In this document: positions 33,593-47,312 of the stretch, in pieces | How positions within the stretch are numbered: position 1 is the first letter of the stretch | Layout: each line of letters opens with the position of its first letter | NCBI GenBank assembly: GCA_905178155.1 | Contig: CAJINV010000010.1 | Coordinates: 1,505,750-1,569,749 of the forward strand | Direction: 5' to 3' | From: Amoebophrya sp. A120 | Taxonomy: Eukaryota > Protista > Dinoflagellata | DNA length: 64,000 nucleotides | Notes under the pieces: model-generated | The model's input: the letters and a program-made list of their open reading frames with translations, nothing else | Databases searched by the model: none | What the model was told of the DNA's origin: nothing | Translations under genes and position numbers: made by a program

Positions 33593-35383
33593 GGTGCTGG
33601 TGTGAAGCCTTTCGGGGTTAGTTCCAGCAGGACCTTGACATCAATGGAAATTCTAGGAAAAAAAAACAAGCATTTAGATAAATTTAGATTTGATACTCGA
33701 GTTGGAAAGGCGAAGGCGGAAAGCGTCGGCCTTTACTTCTGCTGTTGTTGGACTTTTTTATGCTAAAAATCGCGGCCGTGAATCTCGTCCTTGTGACATG
33801 ATTCTTGCTGCAGTTAGGTTCAGGACTAGAACTGTAGTAGATCACATCCAGGAATCTGAAATGCACAGAAGGGCGTTGACTCCAACAGAGTTTTTTTTCT
33901 CGATGTCGACGCTAAAGCTGCGCATTATAGTACTCGACACAAAATAGAACTTGTTTGTGGTCTAGTAGGCCACGTCGACCACCGATTTTTTTTTTAATTA
34001 TGGTACCCCTGATTCGTCTTGTTCGAAGAGCTTGTTTATCATTGTCGAAAGTGTTTGCGTGTGTAGCCTCTAATGCTCTACTAAAGCACACATGTGGAAA
34101 AAAATGAACTCTATTTGCTACAGTAAACCAGTACTTAAATGTCTGAACAGAGGCAGTAGATTGATGAAGTCCATGCTTTTTCCTTTCGTCATCTGAATCT
34201 GTGACGATTAGCATTTATCATTCTAGCTAGGCCGTTGTCCTAGTACTAGATTAATTTTCAGTGATATGCTATCAGGGTCAGTTCTACCGCTGGAGCTTCA
34301 AAGGCTGCTAGTTTCTGTTTCTCTGCTTTATTCTCTTGCTGTCGAACTTACATTTTTGCTCCTCGTCTACTGTTGCTTTTCTTACCCCGCAACAGAGGAA
34401 GAATAGCAGTACCGTCATATTAACAGTAGAACTACAACGTCAGACATCTACCAGTACTTTTTTTGCAGTACTCGGAATCGGATAGAAGCAAAAGGGTTGT
34501 CGCGGTGATGTTTTTCCTTGACATTTTGCAAAAAGTGAAAGCAGCTGGTGCTTCTCCCATTATTTTCGATGAGTTATTATTTGAACTACTTTTCTATTCG
34601 ACAAGGTTTATAGAGTCGAATATCAAGGTACACTGTGCCTCAAAACTCAATACGGCGGTCGCACACGAAATATTTTTTTCTGAGTCTCTGGACAGAAAAA
34701 GGACATCAAATTGAGTCTGGAAGAGGGTCTGATAGCAGAAAAAAGCCGTTTTCCTAGTGTGATTGTTTTCATCTGCTAGGTGCTCTAGGAGCGGGAAGAT
34801 AAGCAGAGCAGGATGTCAAATGGAAATCGGGAAGAAATCCCTGCCCATTTGATGAAGATGAACTTGTCTTCCGTCATTGAAGTGGCGATTTTATTTTTCA
34901 ATTATACACTTGTCACCTATTTTCATTTTGAGGGTCCGTGAGAGTTTGTCCTGAAGTCGAGTGCGCAAACCAACGCCGGAGGAAGAACATACATAGCATG
35001 TCGATGTTAGGAATCGAGTTGGAATTCCAACAAACTGTATAAGTAACTAACCATCATGGCATCGGTCGTTTCACACTTGTGTAGTTTCAATCAAGGTCGT
35101 GAGTTTTTTATGTGTTGGTTCTTGCTGACGTCGAGGAAGTTTGGATGGAGGAGAGACGATTTCACAGTCTGCGTGTGAGTGGTTTTTCATTTTCGCATGT
35201 TTCCGTTTTTTTTTCTGCATTGTCTACATGGGAAACAAGAATGATCGTTCTTCGAGCATTAATTCTGTCCGTTGATGACTATAGATTTTTGATAAAATTT
35301 AGTCTCTTTTCTAACGAGAAAAATCCTCAATTAGAATTACATTGCTTCGATGTATACAGAAAACAGTTTGATCTAAAGTCAGG

Positions 35384-38300
35384 ATGAATCCGAACAATTT
35401 CAATTTGCCCACGGGGAACGGTGGCACCCCAGGATTTGGTTCTTCAAGCTCAAGTAGTTCCTCTTCCGCGAACCTTCACGCTGGGGGACATCAGGTGGCC
35501 AACCACTCCGCATTCCTTGGCCAGCTTAGTCCGGCAGAGCAGCAGTTGTGGCATCAGCTCACCGCCATCCTCGCGAATCCGCAGGGACGCGGATTGATGG
35601 ACCTGACACCGGCCCAAGCGCAACAGGTGTTGCAGAGCCCCACGCTTACGAACTGGTGGGCGCAGCAAGTGCAAGAAAATAGAAATACACCACCAGGAAT
35701 GCAACTCCGCTATCAAGGACAACACCAGCAGCAGCTGACGCAGCAACAACAGCCTGCGTGGCAGAATTCCGCCGTCCAGCAACAGCAGTTTACGCAGCAG
35801 CAGCAACAAAGTCATGCTGTAGCGCAGATTGTACAACCCAAGTTTCAAGTCGGGCATAGAGTCGCGTTATTGTGGTCGAAATTTGGAGGTCAGTACAGAG
35901 TGCTGTTGAATTTTGTTCCGTGATCGCGGGCTCTTTTCCACGAAGGAAACGGATTCTTGATCTATGTATGCTACGGACCATCTACATTTTTGATTCGTAG
36001 AAGCTCTTCAAACTACAATGCTTCGTCATTCATTGAAAATGAGACCTTCATCAACATAAAAAACCAGGCATGATACAAGACCGCACTAACGGAATCGTAG
36101 TCGAGGTTTTCGCAGCACCATCCGCATCACGAATTCCTGGCGACGTCAAGTACTGCTACACGATTGAAAAATGTGAAGTGCCGTATTCCTACGACTTTAC
36201 GCACAACTTCAACTCGGAGACCGCACTGGACAAAGTGCCACTGCTGACCCCGGTTCCGGAGGAAAAGTTGTCCCTGGCGCAGTTTCCGGGTTTTCCCCTT
36301 GCGGAGCAGTGCCGGCCAGGCACGGTGGGGTCCTTGAAGCAAGTTGCAAGCGGTAATGGCGGGAGCGTCGAAATACTGTGTCTGGTCTGCGGGCATTGGC
36401 GCTTGGCGCGAGTAACTACTTCAAACCAGCCGCACTTGGGATTCACCCAGGCCCAGATTGTCGAGTCAATAACAACATCCAACGCCGCATTCTTTCAGTA
36501 CCTGCCAAACCACGCCGCTTTTCCGAGTGCGATTTGGAAGCACGTGCCGTCGGTGCCCAAAGCAAAGTTCGCGGTGGGTGATAAAGTCTGTTTTCGCGGA
36601 TACAACACGACCGACACAAGATTATGGAAAGGCCTCCAGCGCGGAATCGTTTGTCAAGTCGGGACAGCCAACACGAACACCCTCGACGCGTCAGCAGGTA
36701 AGTACGAGCGCAGTTACCAGGTTGAGGCTATCGAGACGAAGAAAATAAAATCAGTCTGTTCTTTCAGAAAGCCCTTTCTGTCAGAAAGCACCGCCCTAAG
36801 CGGCGACTCCGATCTGTGTACCGCACCGGCGTCCTGGTCTGTTTCCGTGCTGGAGAGCGTGCTCTTCGAAGACAGTACATTTGGGGCCACATCATCAGAC
36901 GATCTGCAGAGCGAGGGCAACACGGTCGGAGCACTACGGCAGCAGCTGGCAAGCTCATCTTCAGGATCATCTACGAGCTCAACCAATCTCGACCCGGGAC
37001 TCACATCGTCGCGCATTAGTCCAGTGCTGGTGAGGATCACTGACCCGGCCTCCCGTATGGAGATGAACTGTTCAACTTCGCCGTTGTTGGCCCAAGTTCT
37101 CCTTATCTTTGAATGTTGACATCAAATTGAAATTCGTGATATTTGCATTAGTGTCCTTGTATTGACCGCACATGGAAGAAATAGAAACTTCGCCCGCACT
37201 GTTTGTTGCCATAGACTCTAGTGACTTCGCCATGTTTTTATGTTTGGTTTCATTTGATAGGCAACCGCAACGGTGGATTTCTTTGGCGTGATAAATTCCA
37301 ATACTAATCCGCCTTCTTGGCATGTCGCGTACCTGTGTGGCGTATCTTCGCAGCTGAACAAATACCAGACCTGTTTTGAATTGCCGCACAAGCCAAATAA
37401 ACCGGGCGCCGGTCCCGGCTGGACAAAAAGATACTTTGATCTACCCAACGATACTCCGTTCCCCGGGCCTCTTGTGAAGGCCGTCCCGGAACCACAGCCG
37501 CCGCTTTTTGACGTCGGGCGGAAAGTTTGCTTTCGCCGGAGTTCTTGCAACACAAATCGCGAGGTCTCTACGAAGCGCACATCACATCCCGAGTACTTCG
37601 GTATAATCGACACCATAGTGCCGGAGGAAGCATCGCTTTCTGACTGCCAGTTCACTGCTGATGGGACTCGGCGCAGCAGGGAGTACAGGGTAGTGCTTGT
37701 TGCTTATGAAGATCTCCGCTACAACGAGGAGAACGCGCTTCCTTACTACCTACGGGTCCTCGAGGAAGATCTGCAGGCACATGATTTTCAGGGCTTCGAT
37801 CGGCCGGAGCAGTGCGCTGGCGGCACTGTCGGGGCTCTTCGCTGGGCTGAACGCACGATCAGTACTACTCTTCCAGGGCACCGGACCCGCATCTTGATGA
37901 ACTGGAATCGCGGCGGTCCCAGGAGCGGTGCTTCTCCCAACTGGCTCCCTGCGGAAGTCTGCCCGGAGTCTGCCCAGCCCTTTCGTACGCACACGAAGTT
38001 TTCGTCTTACCAGGGGAATCACACACAGTTCCTTCCGAACCACTACCCCTTCCCACCAGCCGGCGACAAGAACAAGTGCAAATTGATGCTGCCGAAGTTC
38101 TCGTTTCCTGTCGGCGCTTTAGTCGAGTTTTTGAGCGACGACTCTGCGTCATGGCTCAAGGGCGAAGTTGTGTGCCATTGGCGGAACAACGAATTCCTGA
38201 TGGTGATCGCGAGGGCAGACGGCCGCGGACAAGAGAAGAAATTGGCGAAAGGCGATGCTGGTCTCGAAGACGGGGTCCGGCCACTGTCCTCCGTTGTGTC

Positions 38301-41300
38301 GGCGGGTGCGTCAGCAACGACAGACCGGTTTGCCGTAGACGATTTCGGCAGGATGGAGAAAACAACTTCTTCGTCACCAAATTTCTCCAATCAAGCGCCA
38401 GCAGGAAAAGACGACGTAATGAAGGATAAGGAGGTGATAGAACAAAATCCATTCGGACCATCGCCGTGGATTGCAACTTCAGGGGCTGCTGCAGATCACG
38501 ACATGCATGCGGACGCTCACCGATTAAAAATGGAGCCCCCGAAGATGTTCTTGAAGTACGACCAACAGACCGATACCATGGTGATTGCCGAGTTTTCATT
38601 CGCGCACAAGACGCGACGGCGAGAACCATTTCAGCGCATTTTGCAAAGCGAAGAGGAAATCGGTGAGTATGTGAAGAACTTGCAGCGGGATAATTATGCG
38701 TTGCAGCAGCTCGCAAATGCACCACCAGAAGTTGTTGCTGTTTCATCAGTTTCCGTGCCATCATCATCTTCTTCTGCCCTGCCATCTTCATCTTTGCCGA
38801 TGGAAAATGAAATATCAGAAGCAGTGGCGACTACATTTGAGGAGTACGCCTCGATGGTCATGAACGGGCGGGCGAAACAAGCCAACTACACCAACGTCCC
38901 GTCATCTCATGACCCCAGCAGCAGCTTTCACTCTGTCTCCCTTGGGCACCGCCAGCACAACCAGGAGGAGCAAGGAAACAACTACGAGGAGCCTGCCTTG
39001 CCTTTGCGTCGCTACCCTGAACTGCCAGGAAAGCCGACGCGGATGACTGTCAAGACGGCTCTGGCAAAAAACTCGAGCACTACGGTGCTGCGGAGGTTTC
39101 ATAACCACCTCACCGCAGGGGCACCGCGCGAAGCCGCGCCAGACGTGTTGGAAGGCGTAGAGCTCTGGATCGAGATTTCGGAGACAGGCTTCAAGCGCGT
39201 CGAGAAATTCCTCGCGAAAAACCTCAAGCCGGTCCTGGACGCGATGGCGGAGAAGAGTTTCAGCAAAGCGGACAAAGTAGAGCAGAGATTGCGACTCCTC
39301 CCACTTGTTTCAAGTAACCGCAAAACGAAAGCTGCGCCCGCGGCAGTGAAGGCCGGCGAGCTTGTGGAAAAGATCGCAAACAACAACGAGCGAGCACGTA
39401 TTGACCTCGAGATAAAGCGGCAAGGCGCAACCTTGTTCAACCAGCATTACAAACGACACCCACTCAAACCAGTTCCTCAGAACATGCTTGCCAAGCTGAT
39501 GAAGCTACAACCAGCGTCGGCTAAAGAACGGCAACGGCTCGAGGACCTCCTTCCTGCCGCACTGAGTACCAAGCTCGCCATCCCAAACAACGCGGATACG
39601 CCAGAAGCACCGGCGCCGAAGAAGTGGACGGCAGACCCATCGTTGCAACTCCGCCCGGAACAGAAGCAGGCGTTGGCCTGGATGATACAGAGGGAAAATT
39701 GTCCAGAGACATTCACTATCACCCAGAAAAAAGCCGTGGCGCCGAAGATTTTTAGCAGCTGCTACAGTACATGTACAACCAACAGCAGCACCAACGGCGG
39801 GTCCCCGGCAGCTGCGGGGCAATTTTTACTCGAGTTTGAACTGACCTACCAGTACAATCTCAATGGCGGCATTTTGGCCGACAAGGTGGGCTTTGGCAAA
39901 ACGGCCACCCTTCTGTCGCTGCTGGCAAGTCAGGAAGATCTGGCAATGGGGCGACAAGGAGGCTCCTCGGATGCGAGAAAGGGCAGGGACTTGAAGGAAA
40001 ACGAAAAACAAGCGAAAATAACAAGCAAGCGGAAAACAAACAACAACAAGAAGAAGAAGGAGCAGTCGGGGCTCATTGCACTACCAGACATGTTAGCAGA
40101 AGATGAAGATCAGAAACGCAAACGACCCGAGGACGATGCTGACCAACAAATGCACAACATCAATCATGACAACACTGCGCCATCCAGCCCGTCTCCCCAT
40201 GACCTCATTGCCCGCGAGTCCAAGGCATTTTTCCCGGCCCCGAAAACAACACTGATTCTGGTCCCCAGCCACTTGATTGACCAGTGGTTATCCTGAGTAA
40301 AAACGACTCTATTTGCACACAAGATCAAGAAAAAAAGACGCTTATTTCGCTGTGTAGTACAGGGTCAAGAAGATGATCATGTGGGTTTTTTTCCCGGTAG
40401 ATGCAAAAAACAAAAAGATCTCCTAACAAGCTGATCATGAGCATGACAAGTTTTGTACGTTGAACTACTCGTCTGTAAATTAATATTCGAGTCGTTGTTG
40501 TACGGGATAAATTTCCAAAGAAATCCAGAAATTCTGCACGAGTTACAAGTGGTCAGTGCTTGTGATGAAGGACGTGCGGGGGATAACGACGCGGAGCGCA
40601 AAAGAGCTGGCAGGATATGACATCATCCTGTGTACGTTTCAGTGCCTGTACTCCTCCGTCTACGCCAAGCGCGTCCTGGACTTTCTGGACAAAGACGACA
40701 CGGGTGGCCGGACGCTCGGCCCAAACGCGTCCTACAGTGTGCAGGACCTGCGAAAAGCAACCGCGGACTATATTCAAGCCTGGGATGATCATCAGCGCGG
40801 CAGTGCCAATGCTGCGGCGGGTGCCAATCCTGCTGCGGACCAACTGAAAGCGACCCGCACGTCCTACTTCGAGTCGCGATTTTTCAAGGGCAGCGCAGGA
40901 CTGACGCAGAACAAAATCAAGAGCTTGGTGCAGGGCAACGGTGGTCCAGAGGGGGTTTTGAAAAAATCGAAATCCGAAGACCTGCTGTTTCCGGTTTTCG
41001 AGCAGTTCTTCTTTCGCAGAATTGTCTATGACGAATTTCACGAAGCGGAATGCATCAAGGGAAAGACAGGAATTCTGATCGGGTTGAAAGCGGTTTCGAA
41101 GTGGGGACTTTATCAAGTGGAAGCGCAGTGGTTCGATGCAGTGTTTGCCTTAACCTCCAAAGCTTGGTGGCGAAGATCTACAACTCTTGTCTGGTGTTAT
41201 AATGTCTTGACAAAGGGCTACGGCCATGGCGTATGTCTATGTAGTCATAGCTACCCCGCCCAAAATTCTACTCTTGTCTAGAAACGATGCGCATTATTTG

Positions 41301-44300
41301 CCTGAAGAACCTTGTTCATCATGACGCAGCCCCCTATCGTCCTGGCACGCTTCCTTTGGAGAGTAGGGCGAGGGCCACCACTTTTCCACTTGATACCCCA
41401 ACTGGCACCCCCACGGTGGACTCGGTCCAGAATACCAAAATCACTGCCGGGGTCTTCGGCATCGATATCATCGTCAACGGCCTCCAACCGGGCGCCGACT
41501 TTACAGAAAAGGGCCCACAGTTCGGCCACGGCAAGATGCCCCCTCCCGAAATCCGTGCAATTGAGGACAGGGACGAGAGGCTGCGAAAGACTGCGGAATG
41601 GAAGCAGGAGCAATGTTGGAGAGCATCAAGGGAAGGCGATCCGAGCAGAGTGTTGGCCCCGCCGTGTGTCTCTCGGGTGCTCCATATGGCGTTCTCAACT
41701 GTTCCATCCTCAACTGTTACATGGGTTTGTGATGCAAGAACTGCAACAGTAAATGTAAAAGTGAATGTGAAATAGGGGGCCTTGCGGTTCTTGCATGACA
41801 GATTTGGCAAAGATTCTCAGGCTCTTGGGCTCGTCGGAAATTTGTCATGCGAAGCAGCTTGATCGTGTCGATTCTGATTGCAATTCTGCGTGACAGAATG
41901 TAACAGTTGAGCACGCCATACTCCACGAAAACGCGCAGGGCTTCATCAATGCCTGCATTCGGCAGAACTCCGAAAATGCGATGGTCTCCAGCATCAAGCA
42001 GGTACAACACGCAGTCTATGAGAGTGCACAACCCCGCCTCCCCCTCAGTGGCATGAACGGCAATACAAGCGTCCCCAAGACTGCCGGTCCTGCATGAAAA
42101 AATTGCATTGAAGCGCAGTGCGATTGATTTGGGCTGCCAGGAGGACTTGTCGTCCAAACAGTGCCAAAAGGCACAGCCTGCATTTCTTTGAGGATATCTT
42201 GCATGACAAAATGTCAGTGCGGGTGCGAGCGGGGGGTTGTGCACTTTCACAAGGTCGCAGTGGAATTCACAGCTGCCGAGCGGGCACTCTACGTCGCAAC
42301 GGAGGCGCAGCTTTCAGCAAGAAACGGGATTGACGTTTCCGCCAGCCAACTCTCCGAACCTGTGCTCAACCGGTGCAGCCAATTGCTGCAGCGCTGCTCG
42401 CACTTCTCCGCAGGAACAAACGCCGCAAGCCCGGCTGAGGAGATGAAGCGGCAGCACAAAACGACAAAAGCAGAGATCGCCGCGCAACTGGTAATTGCAA
42501 AAGCGGCTGTTGCGCAGCTAGAGCTGTTGCGCCGCGCGTGTGCAGGGGGACAGGTGGCAGGTCACGGCGGGAATGATAAAGCGGTGAATAGAGCAGGGGC
42601 TAGAGGGGCTCCGTCATCCTCCCTCTCGGCCGCACTAGTCGCGGCTCCTGTTCCTGGTCAGCTTGCCCGGGCAGTGAAAAGAACAACCAATAAAACAGCA
42701 ACATCTTCAAAGTCATTCGCATCTTCCTTTTCGGTCCCAGCTAGTGGTAGCAATGTGGAGGTCTCTTTGATGAATATCAAATCCTCTTCCAAAGCAAAGG
42801 GCAAAGGAAAGCAAGCTGCGGCTGCGGAAGACAAAAGACAAAATGCTGCAGAGAAACAACAAGATGAAGATCGTCCTGAAGACGATGAAGAGTTGAGTGA
42901 AGAAATATTAGTCCTCAGAATCGAACCAGCTGCCAAGAAGCGAAAGGGACAGGAGGGAAATGCCCTCCTTCCGGGCTCAAATACTGATGCAGGCAACTAC
43001 AACAAGATGAAAAACAAAAGCACAAGTAGTACCGAAGGACAGAACCATGATCAAGAAAACGAACCAACGCCACCCGGCGATCAAGCAATAAATCTCTTTG
43101 CTCGCCGCCCGATCACGAATGCAGCAGCAGCCTCTTCGCCCCTCGTTTCCTTCTTGACAACCCACTGCAGCTCCGTACAGGAAACCTTCGCCTCCTTCTT
43201 CGGACACACATCGGAGTGTTTGAAACTTGGCCAGGACCAGCTCTGGAAACTCCTCTACGAGCAGGTATGTGGCTACAAAGACGAGAAGCTCGCGTCGCTT
43301 GCCTTTCCGCCGGCGCTGGAAAGCGCAATGAACGCAGCGTACGGAGAGGATGCGGAGGTTTTCCAGACACGCAAAGAGTTTCTGGTTAAAACAAGCACGA
43401 CTTCTGGCACAGCTGTTGTGGTGCAGCAAAATGTTGCGCAACTGCAACGACCAGCAGCACAACTACAGGATAAAGACGCGGCGAAGCAGCAGAACAAAAA
43501 AGTTCCTTCTTTGTTGGATTTAGCGACAGCTTCGGTCTCCAATGAACTACAGGAAGACATCAAACAGCAACCTTCGAATCGTGGAAACAAGAAGGCGGAT
43601 CCAGCTACTACTCAAGCAAAAAATAACGGGAATAAAGCGGCGAACATGAAGAAGATGAAGAAGGCTGTGGAAGAAGTTCCGAGTCCAGTGAGAGGCGGCG
43701 CAGGTGGGGCCTCTTCATCCCGAGCAGCAGAAATCGCTGATATTAAAAACACAACTACAAGCAAAACATCCAGTAAACAAGCGAAAAATGCCACACCGTT
43801 GCAATTGCTGACTAAGGAGCAGCTTTCTGTGTCTACCGAGATTGCCCAGGAGCTGAAGAACACCTTCGCAAAGATGCAGGACCACGCCCGATCCTACGAT
43901 TTTCTTTCCACCGCGATGCATCTCTTCACTGCGCCAGACTCGGAAATTCGTTGTTCCGTTTGCAACACAGAAGTGAACCCGCTTCTCGCCGCCAAAATCC
44001 GCAGTAGTTTCGCCGTGGCGAAATGTGGGCATCTTTTCTGCAAAGCGTGCTTGAAGACGCGTGTGCAGAGTGAAAAAAAGTGCTGTCATCCAAACTGCCA
44101 GCAGCCGCTAGCCACACTGGAACCCCCGGATGTGTATTTCGGGCCAAAGAATGTGAACAGTGATGGCAGTGCGATAGTGGCCGCCGTTGCGGGAGATGAT
44201 AACGAAGCTGGTGGTCGTGGTGAAGATTCGTCTCTCGCGTTCGGCGGTGGTAGTAGTTCGTCATCTTCCGAATCTTCATGTGATGAAGAGTTGGATGACC

Positions 44301-44938
44301 ACGACGACAATAACAACCCTGCTCTTGCAAAAAAGCGGCGGCGCATCGAGCCAGCAAACCAAAAACCATACCGCCAGCTCGCGAAGCTTCGCAAACCGGT
44401 GGAAAGCGCCTCGCTGAAGGCTGTGCCTGGTGCAGTCGTCATCGCCCCGGGAAGTTTTCACCACTTCGGGTCGAAAATCGAGGCGGTTTGCAAGGAACTG
44501 CGCCGGATCAAAGTGGAATTTCCGGGCGAGAAGGTGATTGTCTTCGTCCAATGGGCGGGGATCGAGAACAAGCTGGCGACGGCGTTCACAAAGTACAACT
44601 TCAACTACATGCAGCTCCATGGAGGCAGCTACAAGCAGAACAGAATCATCAACAGCTTCAAAGAAGACGCATCTTCCGAATTCGGCGAGTCCCCGGAAAT
44701 TCTGCTGCTGAGTTTGGAAACCCAAGCAAGCGGGACCGACTTATCACGGGCAAGCCACGTCTTCTTGGTCCACCCGATGTTAGGGCGAACCACCGCAGAA
44801 GCGATGGCCTACGAACAGCAAGCGACAGGGCGGGTGATCCGCATGGGGCAAAAGCGGACGGCGCACATCTACCGCTTCTACACGCGTGGCACCGTGGAGG
44901 AGAAACTGCACTTGAAGGCAAGGCAGGCACCTTGCTAG
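35384..44938 (+). CDS. SNF2-family ATPase with embedded RING, paralog 2; exons 35384-35888, 36068-37029, 37261-40287, 40514-41109, 41400-41683, 41925-42015, 42256-44938
   Basis: Same motif series (GGILADKVGFGKT, DEFHE, WGLTGTP after splicing, RING, EQQATGRVIRMGQ). Two GT-AG and four TIR introns; spliced junctions align with paralog 1. Confidence 0.9.
40289..40509. mobile_element. Introner, family E (old copy)
   Basis: TATCCTGAGTAAAAACGACTC/GAGTCGTTGTTGTACGGGATA; flanks gtggt/aattt; 221+5. Confidence 0.85.
41111..41395. mobile_element. Introner, singleton
   Basis: TATCAAGTGGAA/TTCCACTTGATA; flanks gactt/cccca; splicing restores WGLTGTP. Confidence 0.87.
41685..41920. mobile_element. Introner, family D
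   Basis: TATGGCGTTCTCAACTGTT/AACAGTTGAGCACGCCATA; DR ctcca/ctcca. Confidence 0.9.
42017..42251. mobile_element. Introner, family F
   Basis: IR AGTGCACAACCCC/GGGGTTGTGCACT; DR cagtc/aggtc; 235+5. Confidence 0.82.
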
Positions 44939-46102
44939 TCGGTGCGTTCCAGCAGAGACGCATGCTCCGGAGCAGCACAATTAGAAACTCGCGCGATTAT
45001 TTATGCATTTGTACTAGCTTGACCCACTAAAAATCATTCAAATTCTGTACTGAAGGAGACCTTCCAACGACGATCGCCCTTGTTCTGTTGATGTATTACG
45101 AAGAACTGCGATCAGCGGTAAGGGTCCACCCTGAACAAGATCCACTACAACCAAGCTGGAAGAGTCATCTCGTTAGTCGTTACGCAACAAAATCCAGCTT
45201 CAGATTAGATAAACAATATATGACTGGGACTACATTCTGAGTTGTCAATCTAGTCCAAAGTGCTGAATGAAAAAGAACAGCTGTTATGGACAAATTGTCG
45301 CTGATTGCGACAAAGAGTTTTTCGGTCTCGTGCCCTTACTTGTTCTTCGTAGGCGGGATGGATGCTCGTAAGAAGAACGTGCTCTTGGAAAAAAACTGAA
45401 TGGGGTCAATAAGATATCATGTTCTGACAGGGGAATGTGAGTCAGCGTTTTTGAGTCGACGACTCGGGATTGTAGTCGGTTTTTCGGCCTAGAACGAGAG
45501 TGGGAGGGTCGTCTTCAGTAGGAAAAATGCCTGGTCGTTTGAAACAACATTGACACGCGTGTGGTAGATCGCTCCGTACCAGAAACTTCGAAAACTCTGC
45601 ATCATCTAAAGTTCCTGTAGAAGAACAATTCTGCAATTCAAGCTACGCAAGAAATGTGATGCCTGCATTAAAGACATAATCGCCACAAGTAGAAGCTACA
45701 AGCTGTTTGCTTTTCTTCTTTCGAAGAAAGCTAAGGGAGCGAAAGAGATTGGCTTCTACTCCAGCAAAATAAAAGCCAGTACGAGCGAAAACTTTGCTTT
45801 CCGTGCAAACTGTAGCTAGCTGCCGATCTGCATCTGGTGTCGGCGCACCACTGACAATCATTGAAATAGAAACTGAATCTTCTACTGCGGTAAGTACATT
45901 GTAGCACCACACAAAAGCTGCAGAAGCAAAGATGGGGCGTCGTGGTCCCAATGCGCGCTGCCGGAAGCGCGTGACAAGCGCTGCGCAGTGGTTGGCGTTA
46001 CCCCTGACCTTCCCGGGGGAGGATCACTTGAGTATCTATATAAGTATCTTTTTCTGATGAAGATGGTTTTTGGAAGTGCATATTGTATATTGAAGAGATA
46101 TT

Positions 46103-47312
46103 TTGAAGAGACACATGGCAGGCCGCATGTTAAATAATGCTCCGTGTGCTAGTTTTTCTGCACCAAAGGAAATCCGCAGACGAAAAACAAAAAGAAACTA
46201 CATAGGAAGAACGAAAATTAAAGGTTGGTGCGTCAATGCTTACGAAAATTTGCGCGGCTCGCAGAACATCCCACCCCCCGTGAATGAGGACGATGGCGCG
46301 GGTATCTCAGTGAGCGATGTCGTGCATGCGGATGGATCGGTACTGGGTATGCATTTTTTTTCACGAAATAATTCATGTAAGTACAACGAAGTTGGTTTGC
46401 GTTTCTTGTGTTGTGAATGAGATTCATTTTTTTTACATTTCTGCATCTACAACACTCTTGGTTGATTGAAGATACGTTGCTCCGCTACAAGATAGAACGC
46501 TAAGACAAACAGACTTCCGTCTTGGAGAAGGACAAGGAATCGATGGGGAAAACGGAGAGCGAAGAGGCGGCGAAAAGAAAGCAGGGAAGGGAGAAAGAAG
46601 AGGAACACCAAAAGCAAAAGCCGAGTCCGTCGCAGTCACGACAACGAGCCGCGCTGGGAGCCGCGCTGCAGAGAAACCTGGCAGCAGCAGCGGAACAAAG
46701 GCAGACCGTACATGAGGAGCGGCTCCGAGCGAGCGGTGCTGCTATGCTCAATTTTGGACGTACGTGTCAGTCCACCCCGTTTCGCCTGCGTGATCTCTAC
46801 GTATGATTATCATGCTGATAATTTATTTGTATGCATTGTAACGCCAACGGTTTCCTATTCGTAAGTATGTCTTTTATGCCGGGCAACCCTCGTCTGCGGA
46901 GGTACCACGCCTCCACTATTTACTATAGGTTTCCCGTTGTAAAAATAAAGGAAGAAGCCAGCAAATGTCAAGCAGCATAGTTTTCGGATGCGGAACTAGC
47001 ACAGGCCGCCAGTGCTAGGCGTTGCAGGTTACGGGTACCAGCACACGCGGTCCTACTCTTCACAAGCATACTACATCTGGCCGCTGTGCGGATATTGGCA
47101 GAAATACCAGAGCAACAAGGAAACAACCAAGCCCAAGGCGGCCACGTAGCCTATCGCTATCAGCCAGCCCCACCCCGCTAGAAGAAGCCGCGCTCTCGAA
47201 ACCGCAAAGCGCTGGCGAAAGAAAGCGCTACACACCAGCACGTGAGCCCGCGCAAATGAATCAAATCTCATTTGCAGCAACTAAGGAAATCAGAATGAAC
47301 CTAAGCGTGTGA
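46103..47312 (+). CDS. Possible small spliced hypothetical gene or gene fragments
   Basis: Three short coding-like ORFs; a GT-AG intron at 46347-46504 would join the first two in frame. No recognisable domain. Confidence 0.3.

Noticed and set aside
37055-37260. TAT...ATA-bounded candidate introner
   Set aside because: Removal leads to an early stop; the GT-AG intron 37030-37260 fits the frame.
46018-46033. GGAGGATCACTTGAGT resembling 7SL/Alu
   Set aside because: Short match only; the flanks show no SRP RNA sequence or structure.
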